A stretch of DNA of 20,000 nucleotides from an uncultured virus (IMG/VR IMGVR_UViG_3300023710_000222) (IMGVR_UViG_3300023710_000222); one strand, 5' to 3'. Shown: positions 1 to 7,344, counted from the stretch's first letter. A program made the numbers and translations. Notes: generated by a model not told the origin, from the sequence alone.

Positions 1-588
1 CTTCATCGACTTCATTGTTGACCCCGTTGTGACGAAATCATCAAAGATAATGATGTTGTTTTCGGGTGGCAAAAACAGTAGGTCAAACACCGCGTTTACC
101 CGATGTTTCGACTTGCAAACGGCCACATCTTCATAGAACGGTATGCCCATTTTCTTGCCAATTTCATCAGCAATCAGCGTGGCGAAATTGCGAGTCAGAT
201 GCCTCCGTTTGGGAGTGCAAACGATACACCAGTTTCCATTCTTCAGATGCTGTCCGATGACCTCCCCGATGAGCCTGCTCACCTCCTCAGCGAAGTGCGG
301 TATCTCGCCATCGTCCGACTTGATTTCAGTCAGTGTCCGTCCCATGACGGACTTCTGCCATAGTGCAAAAAACCATACCCCTGCGCGGCTCACCAACCGC
401 GTCTTCGGGTAAAAGTCACATCGCGCCTCCGTGTCCTTGTCCCAGGCTTCCCGTCTCTTTTTCCCGAAGAGATCCTTGACTGTTCTCTGTCTGGTTGACT
501 CGGAAAAAGAACGAAGCGCACCGTCCATGTCCGGCACTTGCACCTCAGCGAGGAGGTCACTCATGTCTATGGCGGTGCGCTCATCCAA
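1..588 (-). CDS. Phosphoribosyltransferase-domain (ComF/PRTase-like) protein, 3'-truncated by window edge
   Basis: Hand-translated open frame from TTG 588 (alternative ATG 564): MDERTAIDMSDLLAEV...CIVCTPKRRHLTRNFATLIA...NNIIIFDDFVTTGSTMKSMK. IIIFDDFVTTGST is the type I PRTase PRPP-binding loop. Absent from the ORF track because there is no stop in the window. Confidence 0.85.
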   Translation of the reverse strand, partial: MDERTAIDMSDLLAEVQVPDMDGALRSFSESTRQRTVKDLFGKKRREAWDKDTEARCDFYPKTRLVSRAGVWFFALWQKSVMGRTLTEIKSDDGEIPHFAEEVSRLIGEVIGQHLKNGNWCIVCTPKRRHLTRNFATLIADEIGKKMGIPFYEDVAVCKSKHRVNAVFDLLFLPPENNIIIFDDFVTTGSTMKSMK

Positions 589-619
589 CGTTTCAAAGAT
601 ATGATTTCAAGAGTCTTTA

Positions 620-1198
620 TCAGGAACCAGTCAGAACTACCGTTCCGTCCTCGGTGGCTATCGAGCCTTGGTAGAACGGCGAGGGGCATACATCCGTGGC
701 CTCCACGTTGATGGTGGTGCTGGCCGTTCCCGTGGCACCCTGTCCGTTGTCCTGTGTCACCGTTGTCTTCGTCTCATAGAAACGAGACCCGACGATGCGC
801 CAGTAGCCGGACATGTCCTGTACGAGGAACACGTTATCGGAGTTGTTGAGGTAACACGCAACGGCAGAAGCCTCGGGGCCTACTCCCGGATGGACGGCAG
901 TGAGCTTGTTCAACTGCGTCTGCGAGGGAGCTTCCCCCTGCGGGTCAGAGGTCAGCGTGGACTTCTCCGCGAGGATGTCGATGTAATACCAATAGGTATC
1001 AGCCTTCAGCGCGAAGTTGCCCGTCACGGTGGCAAAAGAGTATCTGCCTCCGTTGTCCGTGCTGTAATTTGGCCACTGCACGATGTTCTGCTTACTCGTG
1101 TAGTAGAGCCTGCGGCGGATGCCAGGCATGACGGGCATACCTTGGCACCAACCGAGGGAGCGCTGCAATGGCGTAAAGCAAGAGTTATTGTTTGGCAT
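620..1198 (-). CDS. Putative virion structural protein (tail-tube-like), copy B, 192 aa
   Basis: Lies downstream of the capsid gene; Thr/Gly/Ser-rich beta-type sequence with VFLVQDMSGYWRIVG motif; about 80-85% identical by eye to 1225-1827. Tail-tube role is inferred from size, composition and position. Confidence 0.55.
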   Translation of the reverse strand: MPNNNSCFTPLQRSLGWCQGMPVMPGIRRRLYYTSKQNIVQWPNYSTDNGGRYSFATVTGNFALKADTYWYYIDILAEKSTLTSDPQGEAPSQTQLNKLTAVHPGVGPEASAVACYLNNSDNVFLVQDMSGYWRIVGSRFYETKTTVTQDNGQGATGTASTTINVEATDVCPSPFYQGSIATEDGTVVLTGS

Positions 1199-1224
1199 AG
1201 TCGTACAATTTAGAGTTTCAACGA

Positions 1225-1827
1225 TTAACCGCCATTGTTCTGTTCTTCAGCGGAATCATCCTCGTCATCCAGAGTCAGTTCTCCGTCCTCGGTGACGATT
1301 TTCCCAGCATAGAAAGGTGACGGCGCGATGTCAGTAGCTTCCACGTTGATGGTGGTGCTGGCCGTTCCCGTTGCGCCCTGTCCGTTGTCCTGCGTCACCG
1401 TTGTCTTCGTCTCATAGAAACGAGAGCCGACGATGCGCCACTTCCCGGACATGTCCTGAACGATGAACACGTTATCGGAGTTATTGAGGTAACAGGCGAC
1501 GGCAGAAGCCTCGGGGCCTACTCCCGGATGAACGGCAGTCAGTTTGTTCAACTGTGTCTGCGAGGGTGTTTCCCCTTGCGGATCCGAGGTCAGCGTGGAT
1601 TTCTCCGCGAGGATGTCAATATAATGCCAATAGGTATCAGCCTTCAGCGTGAAGTTACCCGACGTATTGGCAAAGGACAGGCTGCTGCTGGTATAGGCTG
1701 GCCACTGCACGATATTCTGCTTGCTCGTGTAGTAGAGCCTGCGGCGGATGCCCGGCAATACAGGCATTCCCTGGCACCATCCAAGAGACTTCTGCAATGG
1801 AGTAAAGCAAGTATTTTGCGTAGGCAT
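1225..1827 (-). CDS. Putative virion structural protein (tail-tube-like), copy A, 200 aa
   Basis: Immediately after the capsid gene; paralog of 620-1198 with an acidic C-terminal extension (DDEDDSAEEQNNGG). Confidence 0.55.
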   Translation of the reverse strand: MPTQNTCFTPLQKSLGWCQGMPVLPGIRRRLYYTSKQNIVQWPAYTSSSLSFANTSGNFTLKADTYWHYIDILAEKSTLTSDPQGETPSQTQLNKLTAVHPGVGPEASAVACYLNNSDNVFIVQDMSGKWRIVGSRFYETKTTVTQDNGQGATGTASTTINVEATDIAPSPFYAGKIVTEDGELTLDDEDDSAEEQNNGG

Positions 1828-1882
1828 AGCAGTAATGATTTAACAGTTCAACAATTGCATGGATTCAGTTGTCATTACCGAC

Positions 1883-2995
1883 TTAGCCGTTGCCCCCATT
1901 ATTCTCACCGCCTTGGTTGTCACCTCCGGTGTTTTCACCGCCTTGGGTGTTGCCTTGTTCCTGGCTTCCACCTTGGTTCTGAGACTGGCCGCTGTTCTGG
2001 TCCTGTCCGTTGCCCTGTTCCTCTTCGGAAGAGCCGAACAGTTCGATAACCTTCAGGCGGCGACGGTCGATGCTCTCGAACTGCACGCCGAAGAACATGG
2101 TGGCGATGTAAGTAAGGACGAAGGGAGCGAACTCACGTACATCCACACTTTCCATATCACCCATCTGGTCAAAACCAACGAGCATATTGCTCTTGGGAGC
2201 GATGTGGATAAAGTTGGAGCCCAGCTTGTTCGTGAGCGGGATCATGTGCAGCTTGTTATTGCTGCCCTCGACGGTATTCTTCTCATAACCGAGGTTATAG
2301 GGAAGAGCCCCGTGCATGGACTGGTAGGATTCGTTGTACATGTCAACGAACTCCTGTGTGCAGTACATGTTCAGGTCCTGGGCGCGGAGAATCGGGTCAA
2401 GGCTGAACAGAATCTTCTTGGCGACGGTACAGGCGTTCAGCTCGGTAATCTCCTCAGTCAGTTTGAGGTAGTTACCCTTGTTGGCTGCGATGTTACCAGC
2501 GGTGATTTCCGTGGAGGTAATCGTATCGAAGCCGTTGAACAGATCCATCGTAGTGTCGCCGTTCTCATTGCGTACAGCCGACCAGATAGCATTGTTAAGC
2601 GTTTCGGACAGACCACGGGAAATGAGGGCAAGCACTTCTCTTGCCTGAATCGTGTTCTTCTGTCCGTCACCCTTGGTAGAACCTGCCATCATGCCGAGCA
2701 AGGTACTTACGGCACTGTTAGGCTCGAAATCCGTACATACGGAACCGAAGAACGTTTCCAAAGTGCGGAAATTCAGGTGAAGATCCGTGTTAGTGCGTCG
2801 GCTGGCCTTATACGGAGCGAACTGAGCCGTGCCGCTTATTTCGCCCACGGACTCCTTATAGCGGATGCCCGGGCGCTTAGTCATGTGCTGCAGAGTTTCC
2901 TCACAGCCGATGATGGGGAGCATCAACAGTTCCTTGCGCCACTTGTGCGCTGCCTCCTGATACTCCTGCGGGGTAAAGTGAACTATTCCTGCCAT
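1883..2995 (-). CDS. Probable major capsid protein with ~50-aa Gly/Gln/Asn/Glu low-complexity C-terminal tail
   Basis: Directly follows the prohead protease; ~320-aa core; LNNAIWSA...DLFNGFDTI resembles the A-hydrophobic-W/F...F(D/N)G segment of HK97-fold capsids. Confidence 0.7.
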   Translation of the reverse strand: MAGIVHFTPQEYQEAAHKWRKELLMLPIIGCEETLQHMTKRPGIRYKESVGEISGTAQFAPYKASRRTNTDLHLNFRTLETFFGSVCTDFEPNSAVSTLLGMMAGSTKGDGQKNTIQAREVLALISRGLSETLNNAIWSAVRNENGDTTMDLFNGFDTITSTEITAGNIAANKGNYLKLTEEITELNACTVAKKILFSLDPILRAQDLNMYCTQEFVDMYNESYQSMHGALPYNLGYEKNTVEGSNNKLHMIPLTNKLGSNFIHIAPKSNMLVGFDQMGDMESVDVREFAPFVLTYIATMFFGVQFESIDRRRLKVIELFGSSEEEQGNGQDQNSGQSQNQGGSQEQGNTQGGENTGGDNQGGENNGGNG

Positions 2996-3052
2996 GGTAG
3001 TAAAAAATTGTGTTTGTGTTGTTTGGAAGAATTGGATAAAAGAAAGATGGGT

Positions 3053-4177
3053 TTAGGAAACCAGATCATACAGCTCTTTGGCGCTGTTCACCCTGGCCAG
3101 GTACTCACTTGCTCTGTTGGGCTGCTGGTTGTTCTCGCCGGAGTTGTTGTTGACCACAGAAGAAGTAGTATCAGCGGGAGTAGCTTTGAGTGCTCTCACC
3201 TCTGCTTCCAGCTCAGTGATGCGGTTGTTACGCTCTGTCAGCTGGTTCTCCTGGTCTGTGATACGTGTTTCCTGTGCGGTGATGTGGTCTTCGAGGCTCT
3301 GCAGCTGTGCCTCCGTAAGAGGCACGCTGCCCTCGGCGTTGGGAGTGAAGCCCTCCACTTGCAGTGTGGCTTCGATGTGAGGCATCTGTTTCATGGGAGT
3401 GATGGGTGTGTTTGGAGTTTGTGTTTGATTATCTTCTTGGTTGTGAATCGATGTGTCAGGATCCTGAGCTGCGGCTTCCGGGGTTTTGTTCCCGAATGTG
3501 AACAAACCCGCCAGAGCCGCCATGAACCTCGTGAAGAGCGGTTCCGATGGCTGCTCAGTCTTCCCCTCTGCATAAGGAATGGCCGGAATAGGAATGCAAG
3601 CCGTCGCCAATGCGGTGGCCAGCGCCTCGGTCATCATAGGCTTCACGTCCTCCTCATATTCCGTGATGTCATCGACGAAGCCCCATTCCTTGGCTTCCTT
3701 GGCTGTCAGCCAGCCGCCCGTCTTCATCAATGCCAGCAGATCCTCATGAGGCTTGCGGCATCGGGCGGCATACATGGCAGCTACATGAGAGTCCAGCTTT
3801 TCCAGATTTGCCTTCTGCTTGTCAAGACTGTCAATATACTCCTGCAGCTGGTCGGCGTTCATGCTTGCCCACTCGAACACCGCCACCGAACATTTGTGCA
3901 CCAGATAGAGCGCAGACGCATCCATGGAGATGCGCTGCGCTCCGAGCGAGGAGATGGTGGCGGCAGAGGCATTCATGCCGGAGAAATGGACGTGGACCTT
4001 CCCGTGACGGTGGAAGGCGGAGGATATAGAGAGTGCCGTGGCCAGCTGACCTCCTGTGGAGTCCACAAGAACGCTGACCTCGGCATCGGGATTTGCGGCC
4101 AGCGTGGCCAGCACGGACTCCGTATTGAAGTCCGCGCCGCCCACATAGCCTTTAAGATGAAGATGATATTGAGTCAT
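3053..4177 (-). CDS. ClpP-family prohead (head maturation) protease with C-terminal coiled-coil scaffold-like domain
   Basis: ClpP motifs VDSTGG, GMNASAAT (catalytic Ser), LYLVH (catalytic His), WLTAKEAKEWGFVD; heptad region LQSLEDHITAQETRITDQENQLTERNNRITELEAEVRAL. Confidence 0.9.
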   Translation of the reverse strand: MTQYHLHLKGYVGGADFNTESVLATLAANPDAEVSVLVDSTGGQLATALSISSAFHRHGKVHVHFSGMNASAATISSLGAQRISMDASALYLVHKCSVAVFEWASMNADQLQEYIDSLDKQKANLEKLDSHVAAMYAARCRKPHEDLLALMKTGGWLTAKEAKEWGFVDDITEYEEDVKPMMTEALATALATACIPIPAIPYAEGKTEQPSEPLFTRFMAALAGLFTFGNKTPEAAAQDPDTSIHNQEDNQTQTPNTPITPMKQMPHIEATLQVEGFTPNAEGSVPLTEAQLQSLEDHITAQETRITDQENQLTERNNRITELEAEVRALKATPADTTSSVVNNNSGENNQQPNRASEYLARVNSAKELYDLVS

Positions 4178-4202
4178 GTGGCAGATGTGTTTGTTTCTGC
4201 CA

Positions 4203-4239
4203 CAAAAGTACTATATTATATATATACGCGAAAAGACAA
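4203..4239 (-). promoter_or_regulatory. Predicted head-operon promoter TTGTCTTTTCGC-N17-TACTTTTG
   Basis: Bacteroidetes -7 box TAnnTTTG at 4210-4203, 25 nt before the protease ATG; upstream 12-mer (4239-4228) recurs at 11396-11385 and, with one mismatch, at 6301-6290. Confidence 0.7.
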
Positions 4240-4249
4240 TTTAGCACAC

Positions 4250-4287
4250 AATAATAAATGCCCGCTCTCACTTGCAAGAACGGGCAT
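4250..4287 (-). terminator. Intrinsic terminator after the AAA ATPase gene
   Basis: Minus strand ATGCCCGTTCT-tgcaagtg-AGAGCGGGCAT (11-bp stem, one G-U) followed by TTATTATT, 20 nt after the stop codon. Confidence 0.65.
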
Positions 4288-4307
4288 ATCATTCAAATCA
4301 TCTGAAA

Positions 4308-5660
4308 TCATAGGAAGGGTGTCATATATACAGGAAGGCTCAGCAAGTCCCCGTCTTTGCGTACATCTTTTGTGTGCAAGACATACCTGTGAAGAATACG
4401 CTCAGAGTATTTTTCCTGGAAATGGTCAATAGAAGCGTGTTTCGTTGACTGTGACGACTTCACTTCAATAGGACAGAGCTTAGCTTGCCGCGAAAGCAGG
4501 AAGTCAATCTCATAGTTATGCTTGCCGGATTCTGTCGGCCAAGTGTGATAGAACAGCTTACTATTTGCGGCAACAAGCATCTGTGCCACGATGTTCTCGT
4601 ATATGTATCCCAGATTTGTATTCAGTTTGTCAGACAACAGTTTTTGATAGATAATGTTTTCCGAGAAATCATTATCCCAGAATGCCAGTGTCACAAAGAG
4701 CCCGGTATCACCACAGAAAAGCTTAAACTGTTCCTGGCTTATATTTAGCGACAGTCCGGCGTGTGGGTCGTTGGCATGATAGGCAATGTTGGTTGTCATA
4801 GAATCCTTCAGGATGGCAATCTCCTCTGTCAGCCTGTCAACCCGTCCTCCATCAACGACGCTTGACACTTTGTAGCGTGAAGCATTACTGCTCAGCTGTG
4901 CAGGTATGGCATGAAAGAGTAATGACGTAACGCCAGAGGGGTCTAATTTGTAGAAATCATCATCATAGAGGTTGATGATACTGCGTTTCCTCTGATCTAC
5001 AATACTCAGGTTCTGAGTGTCAAGATAGTCATTAACTGCCTGTGGCATACCTCCTACAAGCATATACAGCCTGAAGTCCCGCATCAGCTTCCTGTTTACG
5101 GCATCTCCCAAGGGCTTGCGTTTGTCGAACATTGTTTTCAGTAGTGGGATGGTAGCTGTATCGCCCATGGCCCATCTGAATTCCTCGTAGTCCATGGGGT
5201 ACATGTCAAGACGTGTCTCTTCACTTGGAATGACGATACCCTGAATGTTCTTCTTTATGCTCAATAACGAGCCGGTTTCAATGTAGTCATACCTGCCGTC
5301 CTTTACCAGATACTTGATAGCTTGCCGTGCCAGTGGCTGTTTCTGAATCTCATCCAACACTACAACAGATTTTCCAGGTACAAGAGTTACATTGTACGTA
5401 AGCTGTAGTTGGGTGAATAAGAAATCAAGATCAGACGTATCCTCGAAGAGTCGCATGACAGCTTTCGGGGCATTGGCAAAGTCTATAATGAGATAGCTCT
5501 CATACTCATGTTTTGCGAATTGCTCCACGACAGTAGATTTACCCACTCGCCTTGCACCTCTTATGAGTAAGGCGGTGGTGCCATGCTGGTTCTTTTTCCA
5601 TTCGAGCATACGCTCATAAATCTTCCTTTTGAAGATCCTTTCTTCAGTTTTTGCGGGCAT
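4308..5660 (-). CDS. AAA+ ATPase (AAA_14-type) with C-terminal DUF4143 / PD-(D/E)xK nuclease-like domain
   Basis: Walker A GARRVGKS, Walker B VVVLDEIQ, ETGSLL, YMLVGGMPQAV, ENIVAQML, EIDFLL...CPIEVKS. Start moved from 5702 to ATG 5660 (MPAKTEERIFKRKIY) because a consensus promoter occupies 5690-5720. Confidence 0.9.
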   Translation of the reverse strand: MPAKTEERIFKRKIYERMLEWKKNQHGTTALLIRGARRVGKSTVVEQFAKHEYESYLIIDFANAPKAVMRLFEDTSDLDFLFTQLQLTYNVTLVPGKSVVVLDEIQKQPLARQAIKYLVKDGRYDYIETGSLLSIKKNIQGIVIPSEETRLDMYPMDYEEFRWAMGDTATIPLLKTMFDKRKPLGDAVNRKLMRDFRLYMLVGGMPQAVNDYLDTQNLSIVDQRKRSIINLYDDDFYKLDPSGVTSLLFHAIPAQLSSNASRYKVSSVVDGGRVDRLTEEIAILKDSMTTNIAYHANDPHAGLSLNISQEQFKLFCGDTGLFVTLAFWDNDFSENIIYQKLLSDKLNTNLGYIYENIVAQMLVAANSKLFYHTWPTESGKHNYEIDFLLSRQAKLCPIEVKSSQSTKHASIDHFQEKYSERILHRYVLHTKDVRKDGDLLSLPVYMTPFL

Positions 5661-5689
5661 ATCAGTTGCTGTTATTGATAATTGCGCTG

Positions 5690-5720
5690 CAAAGGTATTC
5701 ATTTATTTCTAAATATCAAA
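5690..5720 (-). promoter_or_regulatory. Consensus Bacteroidetes housekeeping promoter for the AAA ATPase
   Basis: TTTG (5720-5717)-N19-TACCTTTG (5697-5690) matches the -33/-7 consensus. Confidence 0.75.
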
Positions 5721-5736
5721 GATTTAGCATCAATTT

Positions 5737-5816
5737 TGTCAAAAATCTCACTTGTTTTATGGCCGAATATGTCAAAAATCTCACTTCTTTAACCATTCTA
5801 TATGTCAAAAATCTCA
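5737..5816. repeat. Three 14-bp direct repeats TGTCAAAAATCTCA with 33-bp period
   Basis: Exact copies start at 5737, 5770 and 5803, just upstream of the ATPase promoter. Confidence 0.95.
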
Positions 5817-5823
5817 TTAAATA

Positions 5824-6249
5824 TCACATTTCGACAGGAACCAGTGTCTTTCGTCCTATGAGCGTCACTTCATAGGTATATCCGGCCTTTTCCTCACTTG
5901 GAGTTCCAAGGCTTCCTGTACGCTTGATGGTTGGATAAGGAGCCTCCAAGTGGCCGATAAGGTAGCTATGCCCGTTCACATCCTGAACCACAAAGGCCAG
6001 ATGGTGACGGACAGGCAGCTCACCAGTTGAAATGAAGGTGAGGGTAGTACGCTCGCTCTGTGTGTGGCTGTCATACTCCGATTCCGTGATACATGTCGGA
6101 TTGCCTGAGAAGCAAACCGATGTCATGCTTTCATAGATGGCCACTGGAATACCAGCGAGACTTTTCATTTCGATGTTCTTTGGCAATGCCGAACATTCGA
6201 GGTAGCTGATGGCAATGATGCCAGGAAGTGATTGTTTCGTTTGGCTCAT
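5824..6249 (-). CDS. Phage hypothetical protein, 141 aa; possible divergent paralog of the tail-tube-like pair
   Basis: Clean ORF with AT-rich leader; LPGIIAISY and AFVVQDVNGHSYLIG align with LPGIRRRLYY and VFIVQDMSGKWRIVG of 1225-1827. Confidence 0.65.
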   Translation of the reverse strand: MSQTKQSLPGIIAISYLECSALPKNIEMKSLAGIPVAIYESMTSVCFSGNPTCITESEYDSHTQSERTTLTFISTGELPVRHHLAFVVQDVNGHSYLIGHLEAPYPTIKRTGSLGTPSEEKAGYTYEVTLIGRKTLVPVEM

Positions 6250-6289
6250 AAAATATATAGTTTAAATGATGTATTTTGTGCTCGAAAAA

Positions 6290-6301
6290 GCGAAAGGACA
6301 A
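6290..6301 (-). promoter_or_regulatory. Third copy of element motif (TTGTCCTTTCGC) upstream of the 141-aa gene
   Basis: 11/12 match to the motif at 4228-4239 and 11385-11396, same orientation, intergenic; downstream -7 box is degenerate (ATCATTTA at 6270-6263). Confidence 0.45.
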
Positions 6302-6357
6302 ATTAAGAAAAGTGCGTATGTCTTTTTTAATGTTTATTGAGAGAAATCAGGGCTGTT

Positions 6358-6864
6358 TTACATTTTTTTACTTTTGGATGTTCCCTTATGTGCTTTATTG
6401 GCTTTTACATTGATGTCTGTCGGCTTTTCAAACAGATGTCCTTTTCTAATCCTTATTTTCATCAGTGTTTCCAGATTCGTTGTGTCATCTTCAATTCCAT
6501 TACGTGCCATGAACTCAATGATTCTTGATTTATAGGTAGGCAAGTCTGGGTTTGGAGTAGCCAGGAACTCGAAAAACTCTCTCAGGAACTTGTGTGTTAG
6601 CATCTGCCGGAGTTTTACGAGGTGGTAATATGGAATATAACACCAGGTACTTGGGTAAAAGCCTTCTCTTCTTGGAACCAAGATAGCTATACATGATTCG
6701 TCATGTACAGGTTTCCAATGTTTAGGCTTCCGTTGTAGATGATCCTGAAGAAAGTCTGTTTCTTTAGACCATTTAGGAAAGGTTATAGGCTCTTCGCCAT
6801 ACTTGTGGAGAATCCATTGCCGAAGGTATTTCTCCATTCTAATGTACAATACATGCTTTGCCAT
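6358..6864 (-). CDS. Hypothetical basic protein, 168 aa (possible nucleic-acid-binding regulator)
   Basis: ATG with A-rich leader; Lys/Arg/aromatic-rich; lies between the origin region and the structural genes. No motif recognised with confidence. Confidence 0.65.
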   Translation of the reverse strand: MAKHVLYIRMEKYLRQWILHKYGEEPITFPKWSKETDFLQDHLQRKPKHWKPVHDESCIAILVPRREGFYPSTWCYIPYYHLVKLRQMLTHKFLREFFEFLATPNPDLPTYKSRIIEFMARNGIEDDTTNLETLMKIRIRKGHLFEKPTDINVKANKAHKGTSKSKKM

Positions 6865-7113
6865 TTTTAATACGAAAAGTTATAGGGGTTCAACAAAATG
6901 CCTTCTATGCACTCCTCGTATATAAGGCCAACATGCACAACTACATTGACCGCATTGATTTTATCACTGTTTGCCCATTTCTTATTGATTATTTTTAGCT
7001 TAAAAGTAAAAAGTCCATACCATTTTGAAAGGAACAACTTACTGCTATATGTTTGTCCGATTGTCCTAATAATAATATATAAATGCTCGCACGCGCGAGA
7101 CACATTCTGACGC

Positions 7114-7330
7114 GCCACATCGGCTACATTGCTACAGAAAATGCAACATGCTGATAATGAGACTATATATAGAATTTTATATAGAATCATATATATAGAA
7201 TCATGTAGAATATGTAGGCCAATCACCTTTTTTGTAGGCAATTTGTAGGCGCTTGTAGGCAATTTGTAGGCAAATTCCGCAAGGCTAAGGTGTTGGCACT
7301 GAGTATGTAGCATTTGTAGCACTTGTAGCA
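7114..7330. repeat. Iteron array around an AT-rich core; candidate replication origin
   Basis: TGTAG at 7204, 7213, 7233, 7244, 7254, 7265, 7306, 7315, 7324; inverted CTACA at 7124 and 7132; AT-rich core ~7160-7214 with ATATAGAAT x3; directly downstream of the primase-helicase stop. Confidence 0.75.
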
Positions 7331-7344
7331 AGGAAAATCGGGGT

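Noticed and set aside
66..412. Three short + strand ORFs
   Set aside because: They are antisense to the PRTase frame, which carries a clear family motif.
620..1827. DGR template/variable repeat pair or shufflon
   Set aside because: Both copies are full ORFs in direct orientation, differences include indels and are not restricted to adenines, and no reverse transcriptase or invertase is in the window.
1859..4432. 857-aa + strand ORF
   Set aside because: It is the codon-aligned antisense shadow of the capsid and protease genes, which share a frame. Scarce TTA/CTA/TCA codons in those GC-rich genes explain the lack of stops, and it has no recognisable motifs.
5661..5702. N-terminal extension of the AAA ATPase in the ORF track
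   Set aside because: It overlaps the -7 promoter box; ATG 5660 fits better.
5737..5816. Possible mini CRISPR array
   Set aside because: Repeat (14-17 bp) and spacers (16-19 bp) are too short, the repeat is not palindromic, and there are no cas genes in the window.
6867..7331. 154-aa minus ORF and 70-aa plus ORF
   Set aside because: They run through the iterons and AT-rich core; the repetitive peptide (MLQVLQML, AYKLPTSAYKLPT) simply mirrors the DNA repeats.
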